DNA from: Planctomycetaceae bacterium | Lineage (GTDB): Bacteria; Planctomycetota; PLA2 | Assembly: GCA_052388375.1 (NCBI GenBank) | Contig: JBQTIG010000035.1 | Coordinates: forward strand, 3,166-67,165 | Direction of reading: 5' to 3' | Length of the DNA: 64,000 nucleotides | Part shown: positions 36,540 to 45,102 of the stretch, one piece after another | Numbering within the stretch: position 1 is the stretch's first letter | Layout: each line of letters starts with the position of its first letter | Position numbers and translations under genes: made by a program | The notes under the pieces: model-generated | What the model saw: the letters and a program-made list of their open reading frames with translations, nothing else | What the model was told of the DNA's origin: nothing | The model's database searches: none

Positions 36540-36787
36540 GCCTCTCCTCCATCGCCGAGCTGTGCGTCCCATCCTCCTGGACCTGCTTGAGGCCGAACGC
36601 GGTCTGGCCCGTCGCTACGACCCTCCCCCGTCGACTCGACGGCACGAATGCCTACCTCCACGCGGCGATCGACAACTTCTCGCGGCGCGTCCTCGCGTGG
36701 CGGCTCGCGGAGCGGTTCGAGCCCGCGAACGCCGTGGTCGTCCCGCTCGAAGCGGGGAAGGCCGCGGGCCACGAAGGCGTCCCGTGA
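36540..36787 (+). pseudogene. DDE integrase-core (IS3-like) transposase fragment
   Basis: 'RPNAVWPVATT...LDGTNAYLHAAIDNFSRRVLAW'. The first catalytic Asp is absent and the ORF is truncated. Confidence 0.7.
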
Positions 36788-36875
36788 GCGATCACCCCTT
36801 TCCGACCGCGGAACGGTGCGGACGTCCCGGCCGGGGAAGCTCCGGCGCACGGGGGGGCCGGACGGCACTGAGGAC

Positions 36876-37180
36876 TGGTCATCCAAGCCTGGCCAGAAGA
36901 CATCGGCGGAGAACGCGCGCGGCCACGCGGAGCATCATCGCGGGGAGTTCGGCTTGAGCGAACGGGAGTACATAGACACGGCCAAGAAGTTCGTGTCCGA
37001 CCCGCCGTCCACAGCTGAGGTGTTCGTCCGCGAGAGCGGTGAGGTGATGATCTACGATCCTCCGAAAAAGACGTTCGCAATACGGATGCCGGAGGGCGTA
37101 CCTGCGACCATGTACAAGGCGGACATGTGTACTGGGAAGGACAGCTCGCGCAGTACGGTGGCCGGCGAGTGGGGAGGTAG
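36876..37180 (+). pseudogene. Orphan polymorphic-toxin C-terminal (putative RNase) domain, frameshifted near 37119
   Basis: 'WSS...SAENARGHAEHHRGEF...EYIDTAKKF..DPP...R.SGE..IYDP..KTFAI...G.PATMYK', continuing in another frame as 'GHVYWEGQ...' to TAG at 37178-37180. Confidence 0.7.
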
Positions 37181-37182
37181 CG

Positions 37183-37467
37183 ATGGCGTCCCAGTACCCG
37201 TGTCCGTGCTGTGGCTACTTGACAGCGTCCTTGCCGCCGCCGACGGATGATATCTGCGACGTGTGCCTGTGGCACGACAACGCGGTCCAGTTCAGCAATC
37301 CCGACTACCGGGGAGGTCCCAACAAGGTAACTCTCAACCAAGCGCGCGAGAATTTCCGTCGCTACGGCGTGTCGGATCCCAGCAAGGCTGGTCGTCAGCG
37401 GCGACCGCGTGCCGACGAGGTCCCTCCCGAGTCAGGGGCAAGTGGACCGGCTGCTCCACCGCAATAG
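37183..37467 (+). CDS. CPCC-family cysteine-rich protein (putative toxin immunity)
   Basis: YPCPCCGYLT, DICDVCLW and GGPNKVTLNQARENF. GGAGG SD lies in the end of the toxin frame. Confidence 0.85.
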   Translation: MASQYPCPCCGYLTASLPPPTDDICDVCLWHDNAVQFSNPDYRGGPNKVTLNQARENFRRYGVSDPSKAGRQRRPRADEVPPESGASGPAAPPQ

Positions 37468-39019
37468 AGGCGCGGAATCACGCCGAAGGAAGGAGTGACA
37501 GGTGCGCATCTCCTCGGAGCCGGGCACGGATGCTGTTCTCAAGGAAGTCGAGGAGCGAACGCCCCTGCGCGCGGAGGCTCTCGCAGACCGTGAGCGTCCC
37601 CTCGGTGAAGCGCGAGCCCCAGCGGCTCGCCGATCCGAAGGAGTTCTTCCTCCAGAGGACCGCCTTCCGCACGGCGCGCTCCGCGGCGTAATGCCGTGCG
37701 CGGCATTCATCGCGTTGTTCGTCGGCTCGATTCCCTCGACCCGAGCGAAGGTCCAGAGCGCCGCGCCGTACTCGATGAGATCCTTCACGAGCGCGCGTGC
37801 CTCTCGCACCGGGTTGTGAGTATGCCGACGGAGCAGGTGTTTGAGCCTGAGCCGCAGTGGCGCGAGTCGTCTTCGGAGCCCTCGCCGTGTCAGCTGGCCG
37901 TCGCGGACGCGATACCATTCCTTGAAGACGGGCTTCACGATCTTCTGTCCCGCTCTCCCGAGGCTCCTCGCCTTGCCTCCCGCCTCCTCGAGCCCGCGGA
38001 ACTTCCGGAGCACGTGTGCCCAGCACAGCTGGCGCTTCTCCATGTCGTGAGCGCGGTAGACCGAGACGCGGTCGGAGACGAGGATTCTCTCGAAGCCGAA
38101 GAGCAGCCGCCGGAACGCCTCCCGGTTCCTCCGACGGTCGATGCGGAAGACCTTGAGCATCGGCGTCACGGCGGACCAGAGCCAGGCGAGCCGGTTCGAC
38201 TGCCGCCACGAGGTCTCGTCGCAGTGGACGAAGTCGGCGCCCTGCACGGCGTCGAGCGCCTCGTCGTAGGCGGGGCGGAGCACCTTGCTCGTCCGCCGCT
38301 CCATCGCCGCGACCGTGCCGAGCGACACCTGCGCCTTCGGGCCGAAGAGCGCGACGACGACCTCGCGTGCCTCGCGCCGCGTGATCCGGCAGCGGCCCGT
38401 GAGCAGAGACAGGATCGCCTGGAACCGGACGCCGACGCAGCCGGCCGGGCCGCCTTCGGGCAGCTTCGCCGTCGTCGTGTGGCGGCAGTCGGGACAGCAC
38501 GCCTTGTGAAGGACGTACTCGATGACCTCGGCGACGACCGGCGGAATGTCAACGACCTAGTACGCGAGGCTCTCGGCGATGATGTCCTCCGGCCCGAGAC
38601 GGCGACCGCGGTTGGCGCAGCTCTTCGGGAAGACCGGGCGCTCGCGGTCGACCTGCTCGGGTGGGAATGGCGCGCGGGTCGTGCCTACGTGGCCGGGCTG
38701 CGCACCCCGCGATCGGCCCGTCGGCGGCTGGCTTCGCCGCTCCCTCCACGGCCTTTCCGACGACGGCGGCTTCGAGGAGTTGGACGAGTCTTGGTTGAGG
38801 CGCGCGGTCAGCTCGCGGACCTGCTCCTGGAGGATCTGGTCGTGCTGACGCAGCCGCCGGTTCTCGCGAACGAGCTTCGCGCGGTACGCCTCGACGTGGC
38901 GGAGCCGGGTCTCGAGCTCCTCGATGCGCCTCAGGAGGCCCGCAACGAAAGCGTCATCGACCACCACAATGAAACAGGTCGGCTCGAACCGGAACGCTCT
39001 CTACCCCCTGAACGATTAC
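37431..39019 (-). mobile_element. Degenerate single-ORF IS66-family element
   Basis: Left end GTAATCGTTCAG at 39019. Transposase 38967 to 37478 (NSSKPPSS, GAQPGH, CxxC, HCDET, QLCWAH, EPTNN..ERA) with an in-frame TAG at 38557-38559 and a frameshifting insertion near 37700. Right end unclear. Confidence 0.85.
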
Positions 39020-39219
39020 CAACCGCCGTAGGCGTCCAGGCGCTGCACGTTCGCCCATGGGTGCAGCCAGGTGCTGTAGCAGTACTGAAAGATCTCCGTG
39101 CGGCTCACGACCTCTCGCGACTTGGGGATGATCCCCTGCCGCTTGGCCCACACGGTGAGTTCCTCCTGCACGCGCGCGCACTCCTCCGCATCCCTGGCGG
39201 TCTCGAGGTGACGGATCAT
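39016..39219 (-). pseudogene. Short ORF truncated by the IS66 left end
   Basis: Its TAA stop is supplied by the IS66 terminal GTAA. Protein-like composition. Confidence 0.4.
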
Positions 39220-39266
39220 GCGGAGGCACGCCGACCCCGACTCAGGTGCCTCCTTACGGGTGCGGC

Positions 39267-40220
39267 TCAGGGTGTGGCGGTCAAAGGGAAACTCTCCGAC
39301 CTTCCGCGGCTGATACTCCCCGCCTTAGCTCGGACCGTCTCCGCGTTGAAGCACACCTCGGCGATGTGGGAGAAAAGGACATGCGTGTCAGACTCCGCCG
39401 ATCCTTCGTGTGTGTTGGCCTCCAGCACCGAGAGGTACTCCCTGAGATCGCGGCTGGCTTGGGACCAAGCCCTTTTCTCCTTGTATGAAAGGAGCAGTTG
39501 CCGCGCGTAGCGTGCCAGAAGGTCAAAGCGCTGCCGCCACGAGAGGTTTACGTCAAGTGCCTGCTCCAGAATCTCAGCGCAGTCAACCAGCCTCTGCGTG
39601 TGGAACACGAGATCGACTTGCTCGAAGCGGACCGATGCAGTGCCTTCCGATGTGCCGACGGGCTGGGCAGGAGGAGGAGCGGCGGGAGGCTTGGGGACTT
39701 GTCCGGCCTCCTGGAACACCGGGCCGTCGCGGCTGGAGGTCAGTGAACAATGAAGGGAGAGGTGCTGCGAGCAGCGCACCAGGAGCTCGTCGCGCAGCGC
39801 TTCGCGGTCCCGGGCATTCCGATCGAGGCCGTGGGCGAGCGGGCGGCCCTGTAGGTCGCGGGACGCGCTCGCGGCCGACCAGAAGCAGTCGAGGATCGTG
39901 TCGAGGGTGAGGCCGCCTTCGTTGAGGGCGGCAAAGGCCTCCGCGCAGGTCGTGCAGCGGCGGGGCGGGGGCGGGCCCTTCGGCTCCTCGAGGGTGGGCT
40001 CCGAGCCGAGAGGGCGCGCGGTGGCCGGAGCGTGGGAGGGGGGCGCGGTCTTGTCGGCGCGGATCCCCGCGCCCGCCGCGGTCCTCCCCTCGGGCTCGAC
40101 GAGGAGCGACCGGCCCAAGGCGAGCGGTTTCGCTCCGAGGGCCCCGAACGGCCCATCGCCGCGCAAGACTTCCGAGCTGCGCGGGTCGGCCCGCGACGGA
40201 AGGAGTAGCTGGCACCGCAC
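39267..40220 (-). CDS. Hypothetical protein (lower-GC 3' half, start uncertain)
   Basis: 317-codon ORF with a helical, protein-like C-terminal half and no recognised motif. Confidence 0.35.
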   Translation of the reverse strand: MRCQLLLPSRADPRSSEVLRGDGPFGALGAKPLALGRSLLVEPEGRTAAGAGIRADKTAPPSHAPATARPLGSEPTLEEPKGPPPPRRCTTCAEAFAALNEGGLTLDTILDCFWSAASASRDLQGRPLAHGLDRNARDREALRDELLVRCSQHLSLHCSLTSSRDGPVFQEAGQVPKPPAAPPPAQPVGTSEGTASVRFEQVDLVFHTQRLVDCAEILEQALDVNLSWRQRFDLLARYARQLLLSYKEKRAWSQASRDLREYLSVLEANTHEGSAESDTHVLFSHIAEVCFNAETVRAKAGSISRGRSESFPLTATP

Positions 40221-40237
40221 TCTCGCTCGTCCGGCGA

Positions 40238-41671
40238 TCAGCGAGGGAGCCTCTTCGGGAGCTGTTCAAGATCGACACCAGACTGCCCGCGCCAATCCAA
40301 GAAGCCCTTGCTCACCAACTGGCCGCTGGGGGAGAACGCGGCTATGTGATAGGTGCGCCCGATCAAGAGCCAATCGCTCGGGATCTCGCTGGCCTCGGTG
40401 ACTTGCAGGGAAACGGCAGGCTGGAGGAACTCGAGCTCGAGATCGGCGACGACCAGCGTATGCCGTTGCATGGGCTCCCCCTTGACGTGGATCCTCACGG
40501 CGTGGCGGGTCTCCGGGCGGGTCGCCACGAGGAGTTCACCGGAGCGGTGGTCGTTCAGGTATCCGAGGCTCTTGAGGATGGGGAGGAATCCCTCTGCGTG
40601 CACGCTCAAGCGCACCTCGCCATCGGCCTTCAGATCGAGCGAGAACTGTCCATCTGCGTCGGTCCAACCGTCCTGCGAGTAGTTCACGGCCGACGAGTTG
40701 CCCTTGCGTGACCACGTCGCGGTGTAGGCCTCGTGTCCCCCGACAGGCAAGAGGTCCAAGTTCAGACCGCCGTACTCTGCGCGCTGAGTCACGTAGGCGA
40801 CGATGCGCACCCTCGCAAGCGGTCGGCCCTGCCCGTCGAGGAGCCTCCCCGAGACCTCGTACGAGCGCCGCAGTGTCAATCGGACATGCGTTCGCTCCGT
40901 AGAGGAGGTCGTCGCCACACGTGCCCAGGTCATGCGCCATCCTGGGGCGAGCGCACGCACGGCCAGGCCCCCGATCCGTGGCGCCTCACCGGAGAAGTGT
41001 CCGGAGGGTCCGGGCGTCGGGAGTGGTTGGGGGCCGGGTATTCCGTGGCGCGCAAGCCAGGTCGGACTCCAGGGGTCAGGGGTGGGATTGTCGGGGTGGC
41101 CATGCCCCTCGAATCCGACCGTCATGCAATCCACCACCACGGTGGTGGGATCGAGCAGGGGCTCGCCACTCTCTCCATGAACCAGCCCAGTGACCTCGAG
41201 ATGCCGATACACCCACACGACGCCATCGCGGAGCACCTCACCGGGGGCGTAGTGCGGCAGCGTCCACCCGCCCTCGACCTCCGGTATCGCGTCCTCCGGC
41301 GGCTGCGTGAATCCGACTCGTCCGGACTCGTCGGTGGCCGAGAAGGCACCCTTCAAGGGGGCGCCCGCCGCAGACTCGACCTTTCTCTCGCTGGTCAGAC
41401 GCACTCGCAGCCCCACAACTGGCGTTCCGTCTGCCAAGTCGCGCACGACGAGGATGGCGGGGGTGCGAGCGGTCGCGGTTTCGGCGACGGTAAGCGGCAC
41501 GCGGTCCATAGGCTCCGGTGATCGTGTGGATCCAGGCGCGGACTCTCGTGTGCCGCGCGCCACGGTCCGTGGCTCGGTCGCAAGAAGCAGGATGGTTGCC
41601 ACCGCGCCAAGGAACGCTCCGGTCACCACCAGCCTGGTGGGAAACTGCGAGTCTGTTGACTTCCTTTCCAT
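40238..41671 (-). CDS. Membrane-anchored carboxypeptidase-regulatory-like domain protein
   Basis: N-terminal TM helix, 'VSGRLLDGQGRPLARVRI' and 'TDADGQFSL'. Confidence 0.7.
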   Translation of the reverse strand: MERKSTDSQFPTRLVVTGAFLGAVATILLLATEPRTVARGTRESAPGSTRSPEPMDRVPLTVAETATARTPAILVVRDLADGTPVVGLRVRLTSERKVESAAGAPLKGAFSATDESGRVGFTQPPEDAIPEVEGGWTLPHYAPGEVLRDGVVWVYRHLEVTGLVHGESGEPLLDPTTVVVDCMTVGFEGHGHPDNPTPDPWSPTWLARHGIPGPQPLPTPGPSGHFSGEAPRIGGLAVRALAPGWRMTWARVATTSSTERTHVRLTLRRSYEVSGRLLDGQGRPLARVRIVAYVTQRAEYGGLNLDLLPVGGHEAYTATWSRKGNSSAVNYSQDGWTDADGQFSLDLKADGEVRLSVHAEGFLPILKSLGYLNDHRSGELLVATRPETRHAVRIHVKGEPMQRHTLVVADLELEFLQPAVSLQVTEASEIPSDWLLIGRTYHIAAFSPSGQLVSKGFLDWRGQSGVDLEQLPKRLPR

Positions 41672-41718
41672 CGCCGGTTGGTCGAGGCGCTCCGCAGGGA
41701 CGCCCTCTGGTCCCGAGT

Positions 41719-42536
41719 TCAAGGCTGCCGGTTTCCTCCCTTGCCTCCAGAGCCTCCGTGATAAATCTGCTGAGTCGCGGGATCCACCACCTGATTGGGA
41801 TCGACCCCTCCGCCCCCACCGTTCCCGCCGACGGGGCCGGCCCCTGCGTTTCTGGCCTCCCCGGGCGTCGCGAATCCGTTGCCGGCTGCGGAACCTGCCG
41901 CGCCGCCGCTGCCTGGCTGTCCGGCCGATGCTCCTCCGGCTCCGGATCCTCCGGCGCCCCCGCCTCCGCCACCTCCTCCCATCGAGCTCGTGTAGGCGCC
42001 GGCTCCGCCGTCCGCGGACGCCGCTCCACCGTCTCCACCACTCCCTCCATGGCCTCCCGCGCCACCTCCGCTGGCTCCGGTGGCTCCATTCCCGCCGCAG
42101 CCTCCACCGCCGCCCCCGCCGGCGCAGGCAATTGCCATCGCGCCGCCCGGTGCTTCGGTGTCCGCATCACACTCGGCGATGGCGATGCCCCCGCCACCAC
42201 CTCCTCCCCCACGCGTCCCTCCCCCCACCGTCCCATTGGATCCGGCGGTCCCGCCACGGCCACCCCCGGCCTTGGCCACCGCGCTCTCATCATCGCCCTT
42301 GAACATGGATTGGGGTGTGCCGCCAGCGCCACCCGTCCCCCCCGCGCCGCCCTCTCCGCCGGAGCCATCACCACTTCCGCTCGCTCCCGAGCCGCCGCTC
42401 CCACCGGATGCACCTGGCGGGCCAGAGCTTCCGCCTGTCCCTCCGCCACCACCCGCGGCCCAGGACACGCTGACCATGGCGATGACGAGTGCGAGCCCCC
42501 TGTGCTCGCCAGTCGCTCTCTGCGCGACGACAGCAT
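41719..42536 (-). CDS. Glycine-rich (PGRS-like) secreted protein, possibly frameshifted at a G5 tract
   Basis: About 240 aa of GGxGG repeats after 'GLALVIAMVSVSWA'. The SD-preceded ATG at 42536 is out of frame; an in-frame alternative GTG is at 42573. Confidence 0.6.
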
Positions 42537-42802
42537 GGCGTTGCCTCGTGCGATCGCCCCGACAATCATTCACGCGTAGGCTGGACCCATCATAAGCGCG
42601 TGCGTGGTGCGCGGCTATTGCAAGAGCGGGGGCCTGGAGTTGGCTCGACCTGCCCCCATGTCGCGTACCCCCGTCAGGGGACGCCTCCCTCCGCCGGGGC
42701 CACCCCCTCCGTAGCCCATGAGCAGCGCGCTGGGTAGCAGGCTGCGGACGGCGGGGCCGCGCGCCCGCCGCGCCGACCCCCCCCGCCCGCCCCACGGGGG
42801 GC

Positions 42803-42852
42803 TGGCGACCCCGGCCGGATTCGAACCGACGACCTGCGGTTTGGGAAACCGT
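42803..42852 (-). other. 3' tRNA fragment (anticodon arm to CCA), att-site-like
   Basis: ACGGT-TTCCCAA-ACCGC AGGTC GTCGG-TTCGAAT-CCGGC CGGGGTC G CCA. No D-arm or 5' acceptor strand upstream. Confidence 0.8.
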
Positions 42853-42891
42853 GCTACCTTCGTTGTTTCCCAAGGACTTACGCACGCGGGT

Positions 42892-42927
42892 AGTCCAGGG
42901 AGTCCATAGAGTCCAAGGAGTCCAGGA
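42892..42927. repeat. Four AGTCCA direct repeats with a 9-bp period
   Basis: AGTCCA at 42892, 42901, 42910 and 42919. Confidence 0.85.
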
Positions 42928-42987
42928 GATGAGTAGCGCGTGCGTAGCGCAGGGCGCCGCTACCGCGCGCGAACCCACCGTCGTCCC

Positions 42988-43278
42988 TTAGCGCCGCCGC
43001 CCTCGACTGCCTTTCCGCCCCCGCCTTTTCGTCGCCGGCGACGGCAGGAGCCGCGACGTGGAGCGTCGGCCCTCCCGAACGACCGCCACGATCTCCTCGG
43101 GGGAGAGACGCAGCCGCAGCCCGGGCACGTCGAACGGAGCGCTCTCGGTCGCGCCAAGAGGCTGGACCACGAACTCCTGTCCGTCCCTTCGTCGAATCCG
43201 GGCTTGCCCGTCGCGTCGGGCGCGGTCCAGGAGCGTCGCGAGCTGCTGTCGTGCTTCGGAGAACGTGTAGACCTTCAT
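42988..43278 (-). CDS. Phd/YefM-family antitoxin
   Basis: MKVYTFSEARQQLATLLDRARRDG...IRRRDG. ATGA overlap with the vapC stop. Confidence 0.85.
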   Translation of the reverse strand: MKVYTFSEARQQLATLLDRARRDGQARIRRRDGQEFVVQPLGATESAPFDVPGLRLRLSPEEIVAVVREGRRSTSRLLPSPATKRRGRKGSRGRRR

Positions 43279-43655
43279 GGGGACACCTCGAGGAGTTCGA
43301 TTCCCAGCCGGCCTGCGACCCGCCGCTGCTGGTGGTCGAGGGTGAGCAGCAGAACCCGAGCGGCGCGTGCCGCTTCGAGGACGTAGGCGTCGTAGGCGTA
43401 GAGACGCTGTTCGACCGCCAAGTCCAGGGCGCGTCCGACGTCGATCTCCACGTAGCGCAGCGGTACTTCGAGGAAGGCCGACCACGCGCGCCGGACATCG
43501 GTCCCAGTCGCCCGGCGGCGGCGCACGAGGGCTACGAGGGCGTTGCCGACCCCCCAGGGGAGACTCGGAGCCGCGAGCGCGCTGGCCCCGGCGGTGACTG
43601 CGACGACGTGCTCTCGCGTCGCCTCGCTGAGCAGGACCGCGAGTACGGCCGACGG
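43275..43655 (-). pseudogene. PIN-domain VapC toxin lacking its N-terminus
   Basis: Continuous frame 'SAVLAVLLSE...APSLPWGVGNAL...YAYDAYVL...LLTLD'. The start codon and first Asp are replaced by an IS66 remnant. Confidence 0.8.
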
Positions 43656-44014
43656 GGGCGAAGCGCTCGCGCGTCTTTCCCTCGTGCCATGGCTGGCCGC
43701 CGGACTTGCGTCCCGACGGAGCGCGCGACGACGGCGGGGCGCCCGGCGGATCGGACGACGGGGGCTTCGAGGAATTGCGGGACGTGAGGTTCAGCCGGCT
43801 CTCGAGCTCGCGCAGCTTCTGCTGGACCTCGCGCACGACCTCCGCGTGGACTACCTCGCGCAACTCGGACTCTCGCCGCAGATCCGCAAGCTTGTGCTCA
43901 AGCGCCGCACACCGCGAGCATCCGACGTCCGCGCCCACATCCCAGGAGATCGGCTCGCGGTCCGCGATGTCACGCGGGACCCGAACTCCGCTTGCGAAGC
44001 GGCTGAACGGTTAC
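43656..44014 (-). mobile_element. IS66-family left-end remnant
   Basis: GTAACCGTTCAG at 44014, then an ORF from 43938 with a coiled coil, 'NSSKPPSSD' and 'GGQPWHEG'. Truncated. Confidence 0.8.
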
Positions 44015-44164
44015 GGCGTCCCTACGGCCGTCGCCGGCAAGGGAGTCGAGAACCGCAACGGCGACGGGGGCGCGCTCATCGCGTCGGGCCTGCTCCGCCG
44101 CGTGCTCGCGCTCCAGTCCGTACCGACGCGTTGCGGAGCAGGAGGCTGTGACGCGTTGTTCGGC

Positions 44165-44245
44165 GATGAAGAAGAGGTGGGTGCCGAAGCCCTCGAGTTT
44201 CGGCGGGTGGCCGATGGCCATCGCGTCCTCGAAGGCGAGTTCGTG
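44165..44245 (-). pseudogene. Short CorA-like fragment
   Basis: 'HELAFEDAMAIGHPPKLEGFGTHLFFI' resembles the CorA 'HxLAxED...PKLE....LF' segment. Confidence 0.45.
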
Positions 44246-44260
44246 CGGGCTGGGGACGGT

Positions 44261-44693
44261 GCGCAGCGCCTCGACCTCCTCGGCGAGCGGCGGCCTGCCC
44301 GGCTTGGGCTGCGACACCGCCTTCCAGAAGCGGCGGTATCCCTCTCGGGCCCTTCGCACCACCGTCTCGGGCTCGACGAGGACGAGTTGCTCCATCCAGT
44401 CTCTGATCCAACGGTGGACGGCGACCCGGAAGGCGCGGTCGCCGTCGTCGGGCCGCGGACGCTTCCTACCCTGCTGGAGGACGATGAGCTGCAGGCGGAA
44501 GAGGAGGTTCTCGGGCGCGAGGCGTGCGCGGTCGGAGGCGCGAGCGCGCACGAGGTGCAACAGCTGGAGGAGGAGGCCCATGCCGGAAGGCGCCCCATCG
44601 CGCCGATTGACGCAAGCCGCGCGTCGGGGATGGACTCGCGAATGTGGCCTGCACGGCGAGAATCCGGGTCCGGACGAGTTTTCGGGAGGGACA
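44261..44693 (-). mobile_element. Left-end remnant of an integrase-core (IS481/IS3-like) element
   Basis: Terminal TGTCCCTCCCGAAAACTC at 44693 and a degenerate N-terminus 'ENLLFRLQL...RPR...DRAF...VEPETV...GYRRFW...GRP'. Confidence 0.65.
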
Positions 44694-44724
44694 GGCGAAG
44701 CCGGATGGGGACGTCCGTCGAACC

Positions 44725-45102
44725 CTAGTCCCCGGAGTCTAGGAAACCGAACCGGCGCGAGACGGCGTTGTTCGTGGTCTCCTCCCGGACATTTCTCCGG
44801 ATCGCCTCCCAGAGCTCGCGGGCCCGCGCGCCCTCGTCGGCCGACAGCGTTGCCCCGGCGAAGGCGAGCCCCTCCTTGCGCTGCGCGCGGTTCTCCTGCT
44901 CGCGCCGCTTCATCTCGAGGGAGACCCGCAGGTTTTTCCGCCGCAGTTCGCGGGACTCGCGCAGGCACTCCCCCATGGAGTCCAGGCCGCCTCGGTTCAC
45001 GCTCAGGTAGTCGCGGCGCGGCGCCTCTGCGTGGGGAGGATTCGAGCGGCAGCCCGCGGCGCAGGCCAGGAGCAGGGGAAGGATGAGGGCGAGCGGCTTC
45101 AC
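44725..45102 (-). CDS. Hypothetical lipoprotein
   Basis: Lipobox-like 'LLLACAAGC'. GTGA overlap with lolD. Confidence 0.6.
   Translation of the reverse strand: MKPLALILPLLLACAAGCRSNPPHAEAPRRDYLSVNRGGLDSMGECLRESRELRRKNLRVSLEMKRREQENRAQRKEGLAFAGATLSADEGARARELWEAIRRNVREETTNNAVSRRFGFLDSGD

Noticed and set aside
42615-42637. Sigma-54 promoter upstream of the Gly-rich gene
   Set aside because: GG-to-GC spacing is 11 nt rather than the required 10.
42803-42880. Intact tRNA-Gly(CCC)
   Set aside because: No 5' acceptor strand or D-arm, so it is reported as an att-like fragment.
42892-42927. Possible CRISPR mini-array
   Set aside because: A 6-bp unit with 3-bp spacers is far too short, and no cas genes are present.
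37431-44014. Composite transposon bounded by the two IS66 copies
   Set aside because: The copies differ in sequence, the second lacks its right end, and no flanking 8-bp target duplication was found.
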